A stretch of DNA of 64,000 nt from Ignavibacteriota bacterium (GTDB lineage: Bacteria > Bacteroidota > Ignavibacteria > Palsa-1295). Below the pieces are notes generated by a model. That model was not told the origin of the DNA. It made no database searches and worked only from the letters and a program-made list of their open reading frames with translations. Position 1 is the first letter of the stretch; every line of letters begins with the position of its first letter. Both the position numbers and the translations under genes were made by a program. The stretch is taken from assembly GCA_963787835.1 (NCBI GenBank), contig CAWBEI010000004.1, positions 160,001-224,000 of the forward strand, given 5' to 3'. Positions 38,959 to 48,595 of this stretch are shown piece after piece.

Positions 38959-40470
38959 TTATTCTAAACATGGGACTGGTCCAGGAATAAACCATCCATA
39001 TTTTGAAAGCGTAGCATGAATCGATTCGGTTTCGGCTGGGATGGTGTAGCAAAGAATATCGTATCCTAGGTAGGTAATTCGCCCGACGCAGGAGTAACGA
39101 TCCATCATCGGCTGATGGATGAGCACTGGTGTCAGAGCACCAGCCTTACCATGACCGGCGTGGAATACATTCCAGCATACTCGAGTCTCATGAAAGGCCG
39201 GAATTAGAATAATATCTGGTTTCATCGAATCTAAAATACTACATGCTTCGAAAGGTGTTTTTGATCTGGCAATTGCCGTCGTATTAAGGCCAACAAGATC
39301 AATATTTTGCATCTCCGAATAATAGGGGATCGCGCCCACATCCTGAAAGGCGAAGGAAATATGCTCATGGTTAGGAATGGAGTGCAGCGCCAATCCAAGC
39401 TCATGATAGATCTGACGGCCTCGTTCGATCGTCGCAAGTTGCATATCTCTCCGCAGTAGCGAGATCGAAAGCGCACCTTGGAGAACTATTACAAGAATAA
39501 ATAAGAACATCGACCGCCATCTGATTTTATCGATTGAGATAACGAAAGCAGTGGCGGTAACCAATGCAGGAATAGATGGCCATTCGAACCGGAAATAAAA
39601 ACCTTGTAGCGGTTCTGGCCACAGATAGAATAGGATAAGAGCAGAAGACCAGATTAGGATCGGCAATAACATTTTCCGCTCGTTTGGATGCCGCCAAAGG
39701 GCATAGAGTGAAATCCCGAGCAAGACAGCATTGCTCACAACAAACTCTCTAAAACTCTGAACACCATGAAAACCACCATCACCTGTCTTGATATAAAAAG
39801 AGTTGGGAAGCAAATTTCCAAAATAGAATAACTTGAATGCGGCATAGACCGTCATTGGTACAATGAAGTATGTAATGATGGCGCGAATGGCTTGCGAACG
39901 CTGTGGTCTATCGATTCGATAGATGGAAGCGACCGCAAGAATGATACCTGCAAGTGCCCCTTCAGGACGTGTAAGACATAAGAAGGAAACTAAAATAAAA
40001 GCGACATCCCATTTTTTCTTTATTGCGAAATAAAATGATGCTAAGACGAGCGAAATGAACAGTGAAGTCTCAAGCCCGTTAAATGCGTTTGCCCATGTAA
40101 AAGGCAGAAGCAAATAAATGATAGAAGTTACAATTGGTTGTAGATCCGATTCAGAAATTTGTCGAATAAATTTGTAAATAAAGATACCCGTCAGGATCGT
40201 AGAAACGATCCCAATGGCCTGGCTCACCATCATCAGGTCAGCATGAAAGAATGCGAACGGCGATAAAATGAGAACCAGAAGAAAATTCGTGTAGCCTTCC
40301 GTAGGCGGCCCACCAATGTTCCAGACAATTCCGTTCCCATTCGCGAAATTCTGAGCGTAACGAAATGTGATGTACGCATCGTCAAATGGGAAGGACATTC
40401 GCCATTGCCACAACGCTGCTGCAATGAGCGATCCGATCGTGGCAATGAGCAATGCGGGACGAGATCTCAA
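38959..40470 (-). CDS. GT-C fold membrane glycosyltransferase (AftB-like N-terminus)
   Basis: DDAYITFRYAQN...G.VWN...EGYTNFL, GLETSL, TRPEG, PNSFYIK, IDLVGL; many TM helices. Confidence 0.75.
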   Translation of the reverse strand: MRSRPALLIATIGSLIAAALWQWRMSFPFDDAYITFRYAQNFANGNGIVWNIGGPPTEGYTNFLLVLILSPFAFFHADLMMVSQAIGIVSTILTGIFIYKFIRQISESDLQPIVTSIIYLLLPFTWANAFNGLETSLFISLVLASFYFAIKKKWDVAFILVSFLCLTRPEGALAGIILAVASIYRIDRPQRSQAIRAIITYFIVPMTVYAAFKLFYFGNLLPNSFYIKTGDGGFHGVQSFREFVVSNAVLLGISLYALWRHPNERKMLLPILIWSSALILFYLWPEPLQGFYFRFEWPSIPALVTATAFVISIDKIRWRSMFLFILVIVLQGALSISLLRRDMQLATIERGRQIYHELGLALHSIPNHEHISFAFQDVGAIPYYSEMQNIDLVGLNTTAIARSKTPFEACSILDSMKPDIILIPAFHETRVCWNVFHAGHGKAGALTPVLIHQPMMDRYSCVGRITYLGYDILCYTIPAETESIHATLSKYGWFIPGPVPCLE

Positions 40471-40477
40471 GTATTTA

Positions 40478-41080
40478 CTAATTCCTCGCAGTTTTCAATA
40501 GCTTTGCAAAATCGATCAATTCATGAAAGAACCGTTCCACACGGTCTCCGGCGCGGCCTTCCCTCAGCGGCTGAAATAGCGCCGGATCTATGGGAGGCGT
40601 TGCACCTCGAACCGCCATAAGCACTTCGATAGGTATATGGATCGAGCTAAAAAGCGGAACCATTTTAAGCTCGATCACCACTTGCCGCAGTTGCTCAATC
40701 GCCCGCGCACCTAATGCACTGCCGTAACTTACGAATCCGACCGGCTTCTTATTCCATTCGGAATACACCCAATCGAGCGCATTCTTCAGGACTGCAGGAT
40801 AGCCATGATTATACTCCGGCACGACCATAATATAGCCATCGGCCTCGCCTATCTTATTGGCCCACTGCTTTCCCAAAGGGTTGAGATAATTGCCCTTATT
40901 TCCCGATGGGCTCATCGGCTCGTCGTAAAAGGGAAGCGGCCAATCGCGCAAGTCGATAAGTTCGGCTTCGATGATTTCTATTTTCTTCAGCTCTTCAAAA
41001 AGATAATTTGCTGGCTTCTCACTGAATCGATTTTGCCGTGTGCTGCCGATGATGATCTGTATTTTTATTTTTTCGTTCAT
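40478..41080 (-). CDS. NADPH-dependent FMN reductase
   Basis: GSTRQNRFS, PEYNHGYPAVLKNALD, WNKKPVGFVSYG. Confidence 0.9.
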   Translation of the reverse strand: MNEKIKIQIIIGSTRQNRFSEKPANYLFEELKKIEIIEAELIDLRDWPLPFYDEPMSPSGNKGNYLNPLGKQWANKIGEADGYIMVVPEYNHGYPAVLKNALDWVYSEWNKKPVGFVSYGSALGARAIEQLRQVVIELKMVPLFSSIHIPIEVLMAVRGATPPIDPALFQPLREGRAGDRVERFFHELIDFAKLLKTARN

Positions 41081-41095
41081 GCAAGCACAACGAAC

Positions 41096-41923
41096 TTAGT
41101 AAAGATTGAATTTCATTGCAATCGAACCGGAGATCGTCGAGATCTTCCAATTGTTCCCGCTCGCACTGGTATTCGTTGAGAAGGGATAATCATAATTTAC
41201 CATCGGAGCGATTGACACTATTCCAAACCGGAAATTGTATCCTGCTGAAAACAATCCGGAAAATTGAGGACTCGTTATACCACCAATTCTCCCGCCCTGG
41301 ATCGTTTCTGTGTTAGAGCCATTCGTAAAAGTAAGATTATTAATTGTGGTGCCATTCGATAATGTAATACTATTGCTGCCTAGTGTTCTCGTCTCAGAAA
41401 ATTGGTTGCTCGAAAGGATGGAAATTCCTGCACCTAATTGAATAAAGAAGTCAGAATGCAGTATCTGATATTGAATAAAGGGCTCAAAATGGAAGAATGA
41501 AATATTCAGAGTAGCGTTTCGGTTTACAGCAAGTATGGCAGTGTCTGGTTGATAATTGTTTGGGATCTCGATGGCTACAATATCGTTTGTTGGCGTTGAC
41601 GTTGTAATATTCTCTCGATCATAGCCCGCTTTCAGCCCAACGTTGAAATCGGTACCGATAGGAAGTTCGAAGAAGGCTGAAGCCGACCATCCAGTGCCGG
41701 TACCTCCAGTAAAGGTCGTTCCACAATCGCACTCCATAGTACCTGACTGGGAATTATGTCCTTCCCCAAACTCAAAGCCTATCGATGGACTTGGATGCTC
41801 AACTACCAACGGTGGAACTCCGATCGAATTTTGAGCAATGCCTGATTTATTATATGCAATAACAAAAAGCAGTGCTACGAAGCACTGGACAGTTAATCGA
41901 AGACCCGCTTTACCACCTTTCAT
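41096..41923 (-). CDS. Outer-membrane beta-barrel domain protein
   Basis: Signal peptide, amphipathic strands, aromatic C-terminus. Confidence 0.55.
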   Translation of the reverse strand: MKGGKAGLRLTVQCFVALLFVIAYNKSGIAQNSIGVPPLVVEHPSPSIGFEFGEGHNSQSGTMECDCGTTFTGGTGTGWSASAFFELPIGTDFNVGLKAGYDRENITTSTPTNDIVAIEIPNNYQPDTAILAVNRNATLNISFFHFEPFIQYQILHSDFFIQLGAGISILSSNQFSETRTLGSNSITLSNGTTINNLTFTNGSNTETIQGGRIGGITSPQFSGLFSAGYNFRFGIVSIAPMVNYDYPFSTNTSASGNNWKISTISGSIAMKFNLY

Positions 41924-41955
41924 ACTTTTACACTAACACGGAAGGCAGGCGAAAG

Positions 41956-43281
41956 TTACGCTGCCATCCGTTCCGAATTTATCACCAATGGTTCGCCGCC
42001 TTCGACAGTCTCGCGCGTGATGACTATTTTCTCTGCTCGCTGATTTTCTGGAAGATCGTACATAATATCGGTCAGCGTTTCCTCCATGATCGAGCGGAGC
42101 GACCGGGCGCCGGAGCCTCGCAGCTCTGCTTTTTCGATGATCGCATCGAGCGCAGATCGCTCGAATTCGAGTTCCACGCCCTCCATTGCGAAAAGCTTGC
42201 GGTACTGCTTGACAAGTGCATTCTTCGGCTCGGTCAACACGCGGTAGAGCGCTTCTCGCGAAAGGCCATTGAGCGGAGCGATCACCGGAAGGCGTCCGAT
42301 CAGCTCGGGAATGAATCCATATTTCAACAGATCTTCTGCCTTGACGTATTGGAACAGATCGACCGCCTTTTCATCGACTCTGGATGGGATCTTTGCTCCA
42401 AATCCGATGGGACTTTGATGCAGTCGTTTCAGAATGATCTTATCCAATCCATCGAACGCGCCGCCAGCGATAAATAGAATATGCTTCGTATTAACATGCA
42501 CCAGCGGCTGCTCTGGATGTTTGCGTCCGCCCTTTGGTGGTACGCCAGCGACGGTTCCTTCCAGCAATTTCAGCAATCCCTGTTGAACGCCTTCACCGGA
42601 AACATCTCGCGTGATCGAAGCTGAATCGGATTTCCGTGCGATCTTATCGACTTCATCCAAATAAACAATTCCGCGTTCGGCTCGTGCCACATCGAAATCT
42701 GCGGCCTGAAGCAGCGCACTCAAGATGGATTCCACATCATCGCCGACGTAGCCCGCTTCGGTGAGCGTTGTGGCATCTGCGATCGAAAATGGCACATCCA
42801 GGATCTTTGCAAGCGTCTTGGCAAGCAGCGTTTTTCCAGTTCCCGTCGGGCCAAGCAGCAGGATGTTCGATTTTTCGATCTCCGTATCCTCAAAACCTTC
42901 GACTCCGACGATCGTCTCGGAATCGATACGCTTATAATGATTATAGACCGAGACCGCCAGGATACGTTTCGCACGATCCTGCTCGATCACATGCTCTGAA
43001 AGCGCCCGCTCGATCGAGCGAGGAGTAAAATTAGAAAGACCGCCCCGGCTATTTTCACCAGAAACCCGAAGATTCTTCTTCGTCGCAAATTGCGGAAGAT
43101 GCGCCCGCAGCAGATCGACGTGGTTCGAAGTGCAAATATCGCAGATCAGCGCATTTCCGAATGGCGATGAGATCAGCGTCTGGACTTCTTCGGCGGAACG
43201 TCCGCAAAACGTACAATATAGCGGACGGTCGTTGGAATCGTCGGAATTAGATTTTCGAGGTTTCTGTGGTTTTTCAGGCAT
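41956..43281 (-). CDS. clpX: ATP-dependent Clp protease ATP-binding subunit
   Basis: CTFCG...ICDIC zinc domain, GPTGTGKT, DATTLTEAGYVG, RDVSGEGVQQ, GGRKHP, IGF loop. Confidence 0.97.
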   Translation of the reverse strand: MPEKPQKPRKSNSDDSNDRPLYCTFCGRSAEEVQTLISSPFGNALICDICTSNHVDLLRAHLPQFATKKNLRVSGENSRGGLSNFTPRSIERALSEHVIEQDRAKRILAVSVYNHYKRIDSETIVGVEGFEDTEIEKSNILLLGPTGTGKTLLAKTLAKILDVPFSIADATTLTEAGYVGDDVESILSALLQAADFDVARAERGIVYLDEVDKIARKSDSASITRDVSGEGVQQGLLKLLEGTVAGVPPKGGRKHPEQPLVHVNTKHILFIAGGAFDGLDKIILKRLHQSPIGFGAKIPSRVDEKAVDLFQYVKAEDLLKYGFIPELIGRLPVIAPLNGLSREALYRVLTEPKNALVKQYRKLFAMEGVELEFERSALDAIIEKAELRGSGARSLRSIMEETLTDIMYDLPENQRAEKIVITRETVEGGEPLVINSERMAA

Positions 43282-43353
43282 GGGATAGCCGAACCTCCAT
43301 TCTTCCCGCTAAAGTTCAAACGTCCTTCAATATTGGTGAAAATCAATTGCTCT

Positions 43354-44589
43354 TCAATCATTCGGCGCGCCGCGCTTGACCCAGTCTGCGATCTTAGCAA
43401 TGGTGCAGGAATCGAGCTGCGGGCCATATTGTGGCATGGAGGGATCGGGGTATTGGTGGCGTATCACATGGAGAAGCAATCCGGTTTGCGCCACTTGTTC
43501 AACCGTGCTAAAATTCGTGAAATCGAGGCTGTCGCATGTTGCGGCAAACCTTTGGGAGTGGCAGCCAATGCAGTAGTTCGCAATGGTCGGCTGGACGTAG
43601 GTAGAATATTGCGTTCCGGCGGTATCGCAATCCGACAGGCCATCATTACATTGCGAGTTCGGCGCATCGGCGACTATCCATTGCGCGACCAACGAAATTT
43701 GATAGGCCGTTAATTTCACGGTATGTGTGATGCGCTGATAAAGTTCACTATTAGCGGTATCGCCGGGAATCACTGCTGCCATCAAGCCATCGTAAGTAGT
43801 GAAGTCGAGTCCATGAATATGGTCTGTTGGGTTATGGCATCCGCTGATCGTACAATTCGAGATAAATATCGGCTGAACAACCGTTCGAAAACATGGCCCC
43901 GGATACTGGATCGTGATCACGGATTTACCAGTAACAGTACTATCGCCAAGCCAGATAGCCTCGATGACCGCAGTAGTGCTGGTATTATCATCGTCCGTTG
44001 GCGCGGTGTACCATCCTGATGAGGATAACGAACCGGAACCGGATACTAACTTCCATTGAACTCCAGCATTTGTCGAACCGGAAACAGTCACCTGAAATTG
44101 CTGCATTTGCCCCGGCTTGAGAGAAACCGATACCGGATTTACGATGATGGTTGGCCGAGGAGGAGCAGTTTTACTAAGGATCGTTATGGCGCAATCGGTA
44201 TAGTCCAGTGTATCTTCATTCGACCGGACTCGAACGTGGAGCAGAAGCGGACTCGAAGCGATCGTCGCCGGGGCTATATATTTTGCAGAAAACCCAGCCG
44301 GTTGAATCATGCCTAATTGTGCCTGTGAATTTACCGGAGTTACTTCGATAAGAGACCAGGACACGGTGCTATCGGTGGTCCATCCAGAAAGGGTTGATGT
44401 AATATTCAGTGAATCGCCTGTCGAAAGGGTATCGGTGGCAGGCAAGATCGAAATGGAGAGCGGAGTATGCTTAACCACTGGAGTTGGCGTAGGTGTAGTG
44501 TCATGGTCGCATCCCCATGCGATCCAAAGGGAACAGACCACGAAAAATGGCGGAAGGACTCGCCAATGACTATGCAAAAACTGCTTCAA
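43354..44589 (-). CDS. Lipoprotein with two Ig-like domains and C-terminal cytochrome c-like domains
   Basis: Lipobox AWGC; two Ig-like YxAP repeats; CTISGCH and CIGCH; SMPQ. Confidence 0.7.
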   Translation of the reverse strand: MKQFLHSHWRVLPPFFVVCSLWIAWGCDHDTTPTPTPVVKHTPLSISILPATDTLSTGDSLNITSTLSGWTTDSTVSWSLIEVTPVNSQAQLGMIQPAGFSAKYIAPATIASSPLLLHVRVRSNEDTLDYTDCAITILSKTAPPRPTIIVNPVSVSLKPGQMQQFQVTVSGSTNAGVQWKLVSGSGSLSSSGWYTAPTDDDNTSTTAVIEAIWLGDSTVTGKSVITIQYPGPCFRTVVQPIFISNCTISGCHNPTDHIHGLDFTTYDGLMAAVIPGDTANSELYQRITHTVKLTAYQISLVAQWIVADAPNSQCNDGLSDCDTAGTQYSTYVQPTIANYCIGCHSQRFAATCDSLDFTNFSTVEQVAQTGLLLHVIRHQYPDPSMPQYGPQLDSCTIAKIADWVKRGAPND

Positions 44590-44913
44590 CTACCTGAACG
44601 GGATTTAATGACACCTAACCGGCATCCTCTTCAAAACCATAATTATGGCTGTTAATTCCCGCAGGAAAGAACCAGGCATCTGAGAGCATGGTACTGGTTG
44701 TCAAATAGCAATAGGTGCCATTTCTTTTTCTTGCTGAGTTCCCGGGATTACCCGTTCACCCTTCGTTTCCGTGCCAATTTCGCCATTTGTTCCAACAGGT
44801 ATTCATAAAAGTCCCTTCACAGAGAACTCGTTCATAATGAAACCTATCGCCAAGATCAATTTTCAATGAACTCATCCATCCTTCCCTCGTCCCGAGAATC
44901 CTGTAAATCGTGG

Positions 44914-44941
44914 TTCATCTTTCATACTTCATCTTTCATCT
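44914..44941 (+). repeat. Heptamer tandem repeat, 4 copies
   Basis: TTCATCT TTCATAC TTCATCT TTCATCT. Confidence 0.7.
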
Positions 44942-45046
44942 TTTCCCCGGACAGGTGCCCATCATCTCACCACCTAATATACGACACTTTTCCGAGTCGC
45001 CACCAAATTCGAAATTTTCTTTTGGCCACTCCTACGGATAACACAA

Positions 45047-45074
45047 GCCGTGTCTCGGGAGCCGTGTCTCGGGA
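45047..45074 (+). repeat. Perfect 14-bp tandem duplication
   Basis: gccgtgtctcggga twice. Confidence 0.85.
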
Positions 45075-45087
45075 AGCGGCGCTTCTT

Positions 45088-45312
45088 AGTCCCGAAGGGA
45101 CGGAGTACCCGCAGCCCAGGGTGAAGCGAAGCGGAACCCTGGGTAACGGAATATGAACAGGGTTTTATAGCCCTGAAAGGGCGATGTTAGCCGTGCGGCA
45201 TTTACTCCGTCCTTGCAGGACTATGGGAACCACAAGGGCATCTATACCTGGGGTTCCGTCCGCCGCGGCGGACTCCACCCCAGGCTGCGAGTACTCCGTC
45301 GCGCCGCGACTA
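45088..45312. repeat. REP/BIME-like inverted-repeat element
   Basis: gacggagtac...gcagcccagggtg...ggaaccctggg on the left mirrors cctggggttcc...caccccaggctgc...gtactccgtc on the right; internal gccctgaaagggc. Confidence 0.65.
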
Positions 45313-45479
45313 AAACAATCCTGAAAATCCAGTGAATTATGGTCCATTTTTCCCGCCCGCCACCAAATTCGGAAGTTCTCCTAACGTAGGGATCCGCCGC
45401 GGTGGACGCACGTCCGCGCCCGAGGAATTAGAAGGGCTATTATGATGTATATTCAAACCGAACCGACCGATAATGGGAC

Positions 45480-45502
45480 GGACATGCACAGCACGTCCCT
45501 AC
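45480..45502 (-). repeat. GTAG-foot REP
   Basis: GTAG-GGACGTGC-TGT-GCATGTCC. Confidence 0.7.
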
Positions 45503-45555
45503 GGAGCTACCGACATGCGTTCCCCGGTCCGGGAATTATCATAAATTGTTAGGAT

Positions 45556-46638
45556 ATGAAAAAAATTGCTGTTGGTTGTTTGACGATCTTGCTATGCGCT
45601 GCAGCATCTCTGCATGCGCAATCGAACAATGGAACGGACGTGCGCAGCACGTCCCTACGAACGGAACAACCGATAGGCGTACCACAAAATGTGAGTTTGG
45701 ATGCGAGGGGAACTGATGGTAGTTCAGACCCCTATCTATCGTCTCCACCGACGAGCCCTGGCCCTGTTTGCTCGGATGATGTTGATAGGTCTCACAAGAA
45801 TGGTTCTCACATACAGTCAGAATTGGACACGATTTCGTGCGATACTTGGTATGAAGATGGTGTAACCTTTGTGAGCAATGAAAACTACGAGCTTGGTAAA
45901 GATACGCTTGAAGCTTATGTGGACCATTGCTATGCTTCCGCTTACCCTGCCGTCTTTGCTCAAATAAATAATGCTGTCAGCGGTATTAATCAACAGGTTG
46001 AGTGGCTATCCTTTCGCGATTGGCTTTTCAATGTCTTATATCTCAATCTTGATACTTCCTATTACTGTGAAGATGCAAACGCACTCATTTCTACATTCAA
46101 TTATGTAAATGGCCCTCGCGGTTATGACGGAAAGGGTGAAATGGCTGTGTATCAATATCTCGCTACATCTGGAAAGTGTCCAACTTTTGAGGCGGCATTC
46201 CAAAAGGAAATCACAGCAGGTTGGAATAGTATGTATTCAAAATGGCGGGATACTGTCTCAGATTCGATTCTCACACCTTTCGATAGTACATTGCCAACCC
46301 TCCAACAAATTGGTTTTGAACTATTACTTGGCCCACAATACGCGGCAGTTCATAGAGGAATACTACCATCGAGCGTGTTAGGCAATATCGGTATCTCCCC
46401 TAACCCATTTATTGATAACACTGTAGTTGATTACACACTAAACGTTCCAGCTACTCTTACCGTTGAGGTTTTTAACTCGCTTGGGGAGAGAGTCGCTGCA
46501 CCCGTTCCCTCAGTTTTTACCAACAACGGGGATTATTCGCTGACTGTATCCGGCAGTGCTCTGGCTTCGGGAACGTATTATGTTCGATTTGCAGTGCCAG
46601 AAGGAGAAGTACGAACCATCATGATCACGAAGCAATGA
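45556..46638 (+). CDS. T9SS-secreted Cys-containing hypothetical protein
   Basis: Signal peptide ending LHA; CTD ISPNPF...LASGTYYVRF...ITKQ. Confidence 0.8.
   Translation: MKKIAVGCLTILLCAAASLHAQSNNGTDVRSTSLRTEQPIGVPQNVSLDARGTDGSSDPYLSSPPTSPGPVCSDDVDRSHKNGSHIQSELDTISCDTWYEDGVTFVSNENYELGKDTLEAYVDHCYASAYPAVFAQINNAVSGINQQVEWLSFRDWLFNVLYLNLDTSYYCEDANALISTFNYVNGPRGYDGKGEMAVYQYLATSGKCPTFEAAFQKEITAGWNSMYSKWRDTVSDSILTPFDSTLPTLQQIGFELLLGPQYAAVHRGILPSSVLGNIGISPNPFIDNTVVDYTLNVPATLTVEVFNSLGERVAAPVPSVFTNNGDYSLTVSGSALASGTYYVRFAVPEGEVRTIMITKQ
45636..45658 (-). repeat. GTAG-foot REP inside a CDS
   Basis: GTAG-GGACGTGC-TGC-GCACGTCC, perfect stem. Confidence 0.7.
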
Positions 46639-47609
46639 AAATTCGACATCTTAGTTTAGTATATTCTGCAGTGTTGGTGTTAGAAGCTCTCTTGCTTCTT
46701 ACACCATCGGGCAAAGCATTGGCACAATCAGAAGCGGAGCGCAGACTGGCGCTCCGCTTCGTGCCACACTATTCTTCCCCTTTGAAAACAGACAGCATTT
46801 CGGTGTGTCAATACCAATTGAATGAGGGATCTGCCTATCAGGATAGCTCGGATTTTATGCCTCAAAATATGGTATGGCCTCTGCGATGCTATGATACACT
46901 TCAGAACATGGTGGAACAGTGCACCAGCTTCCCCGACGCATATTATGCTTTTAGTTACATGATCAATGCTGCCGACGCTCTGGATCGCATTACCATGGAT
47001 ACAAGCTGGACATATAATTACCGCTTATGGCTGGAGTCTGTACTTTATACTAATACAGCAGACTCTGAGTATTTTTGTGCGGATGTAAGAACGATCGTAG
47101 CAACCTTTTATGACATAAATCAGAATGTGGCGATCTTGCGGTGGTTAGAACAAAATACGGATTGCGATTCAGAAGGAGTGCGTCAAGAAGACTCAACTTT
47201 ACGCGCCGTCCAACTTGCAAATTGGAAGGAAGGCGATACCACAATTCCTCTCGATACTACACTACCGTCCATGCATGACCTTGGTCTTGATACTGCTTTA
47301 GATAAGCACCTTCTCTCAATGGTAAGTGGTGCACAGCAGTATAGTATTCTTTCAAACGCGACCGCTAATCCCAACCCTATATCTTCGGGAACCGTAATTT
47401 CTTTCAGCATCAGCAAAGAGGCTTATGTAAAGATCGAGCTTTTCGATGTGCTGGGTAAGCAGGCATCCTCTTATGGGTATGAAAGCCTGTTCGAACCGGG
47501 GAATAAATCGGTTTCCTTCTCACTTGCCGGGCTTCCTTCGGGCACTTACTACGCCCGCATCATCACAGCGTACGGCGAAGTGCAAACCGTGAAATTGGTG
47601 AAGGAATAA
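46635..47609 (+). CDS. T9SS-secreted paralog of the preceding gene
   Basis: Signal peptide ending ALA; shared RxWLxxVLYxN..Y[YF]CxD and PxDxTLP; CTD ANPNP...LPSGTYYARI...LVKE. Confidence 0.8.
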   Translation: MKIRHLSLVYSAVLVLEALLLLTPSGKALAQSEAERRLALRFVPHYSSPLKTDSISVCQYQLNEGSAYQDSSDFMPQNMVWPLRCYDTLQNMVEQCTSFPDAYYAFSYMINAADALDRITMDTSWTYNYRLWLESVLYTNTADSEYFCADVRTIVATFYDINQNVAILRWLEQNTDCDSEGVRQEDSTLRAVQLANWKEGDTTIPLDTTLPSMHDLGLDTALDKHLLSMVSGAQQYSILSNATANPNPISSGTVISFSISKEAYVKIELFDVLGKQASSYGYESLFEPGNKSVSFSLAGLPSGTYYARIITAYGEVQTVKLVKE

Positions 47610-47672
47610 CTTCTTCGATGGCAACACTTTTCTCCTCTGCGGGGGAGGGAAATGTTGGCTCTGTGCTCAGTA

Positions 47673-48320
47673 TTATTTCACCAATTCCGGAAAATCTCTT
47701 CGAAATTTCTCAACTTCTGGTTTCGTCACGGCTGCGATATATCCTTGATCGGGGTGGTTGCGGTAATATCGTAGGTGATAATCCTCTGCGCGGTAAAATT
47801 TGGTAAATGGCGCGAGCTGTGTTACGATCGGTGCAGAATATTTCCCTGCGATCTCTTTCATGTAGGCTTCGGCCTCTTGCTTTTGTTCGTCGTTATGATA
47901 GAAGATTGCAGACCGGTACTGCGGTCCTTCGTCTGGGCCAGCACGGTCGGGGGTGGTTGGATCGTGCTCGGCAAAAAATACCTCCAGAAGCTTATGATAA
48001 CTGATCTGTGAGGGATCGTACGCCACATCGACGGATTCGGCATAGCGCGTTTCGCCGGAGCCAACCATTTCATACGAAGGATCGGCTTCTGTTCCACCGC
48101 AATAACCGGGCAGGGCATTCTGCACGCCCTTGATCTCGAGGAAAATTTCCTCAGAATGCCAAAAACATCCCAATGCGAACGTGGCGTGTTGGAGGGTGGA
48201 ATCCTCCTGCTGCACAACGGGTGGTGCAACCTCGCGCTTAGCCGAGCCATTGCATGAGATGACGATGATAACCGTTACCGCCATCGAGGCGGCGAGAAAA
48301 AGCATTCCTTTACGTACCAT
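47673..48320 (-). CDS. msrA: Peptide-methionine (S)-S-oxide reductase, exported/lipoprotein form
   Basis: GCFW, GYCGG, HDPT, GPQYRSAIF, FYRAEDYH; lipobox-like VISC. Confidence 0.92.
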   Translation of the reverse strand: MVRKGMLFLAASMAVTVIIVISCNGSAKREVAPPVVQQEDSTLQHATFALGCFWHSEEIFLEIKGVQNALPGYCGGTEADPSYEMVGSGETRYAESVDVAYDPSQISYHKLLEVFFAEHDPTTPDRAGPDEGPQYRSAIFYHNDEQKQEAEAYMKEIAGKYSAPIVTQLAPFTKFYRAEDYHLRYYRNHPDQGYIAAVTKPEVEKFRRDFPELVK

Positions 48321-48368
48321 AGAAATTATGTGACGATATTTTGACCTGCGAGTTTCATTTGTAAATTC

Positions 48369-48519
48369 CATGTCATCCTGAGCGGAGCGAGACGCAGCGG
48401 CAGCGGAGACTCGCGCAGTCGAAGGATCTCTTCAAGTTTGACAACACGGTAAACTGCCGGAGATCCTTCGACTCCGCACATTGTGCTTTCGCACAATATG
48501 CTCCGCTCAGGATGACATG
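48369..48519. repeat. REP-like inverted-repeat element
   Basis: catgtcatcctgagcggagc...agtcgaaggatctc mirrored by gagatccttcgact...gctccgctcaggatgacatg. Confidence 0.8.
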
Positions 48520-48595
48520 ACTAACAATAGCTCTTTAGGAGATTGAACGCAATGACAATATGCTTGTTTTCATGAGATAAATCGGATTATTACGC

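Noticed and set aside
41956-43281. clpX without adjacent clpP
   Set aside because: Separation from clpP is not unusual, and the rest of the genome is not visible
44880-45680. CRISPR array
   Set aside because: Repeats are heterogeneous, inverted and irregularly spaced; no cas genes
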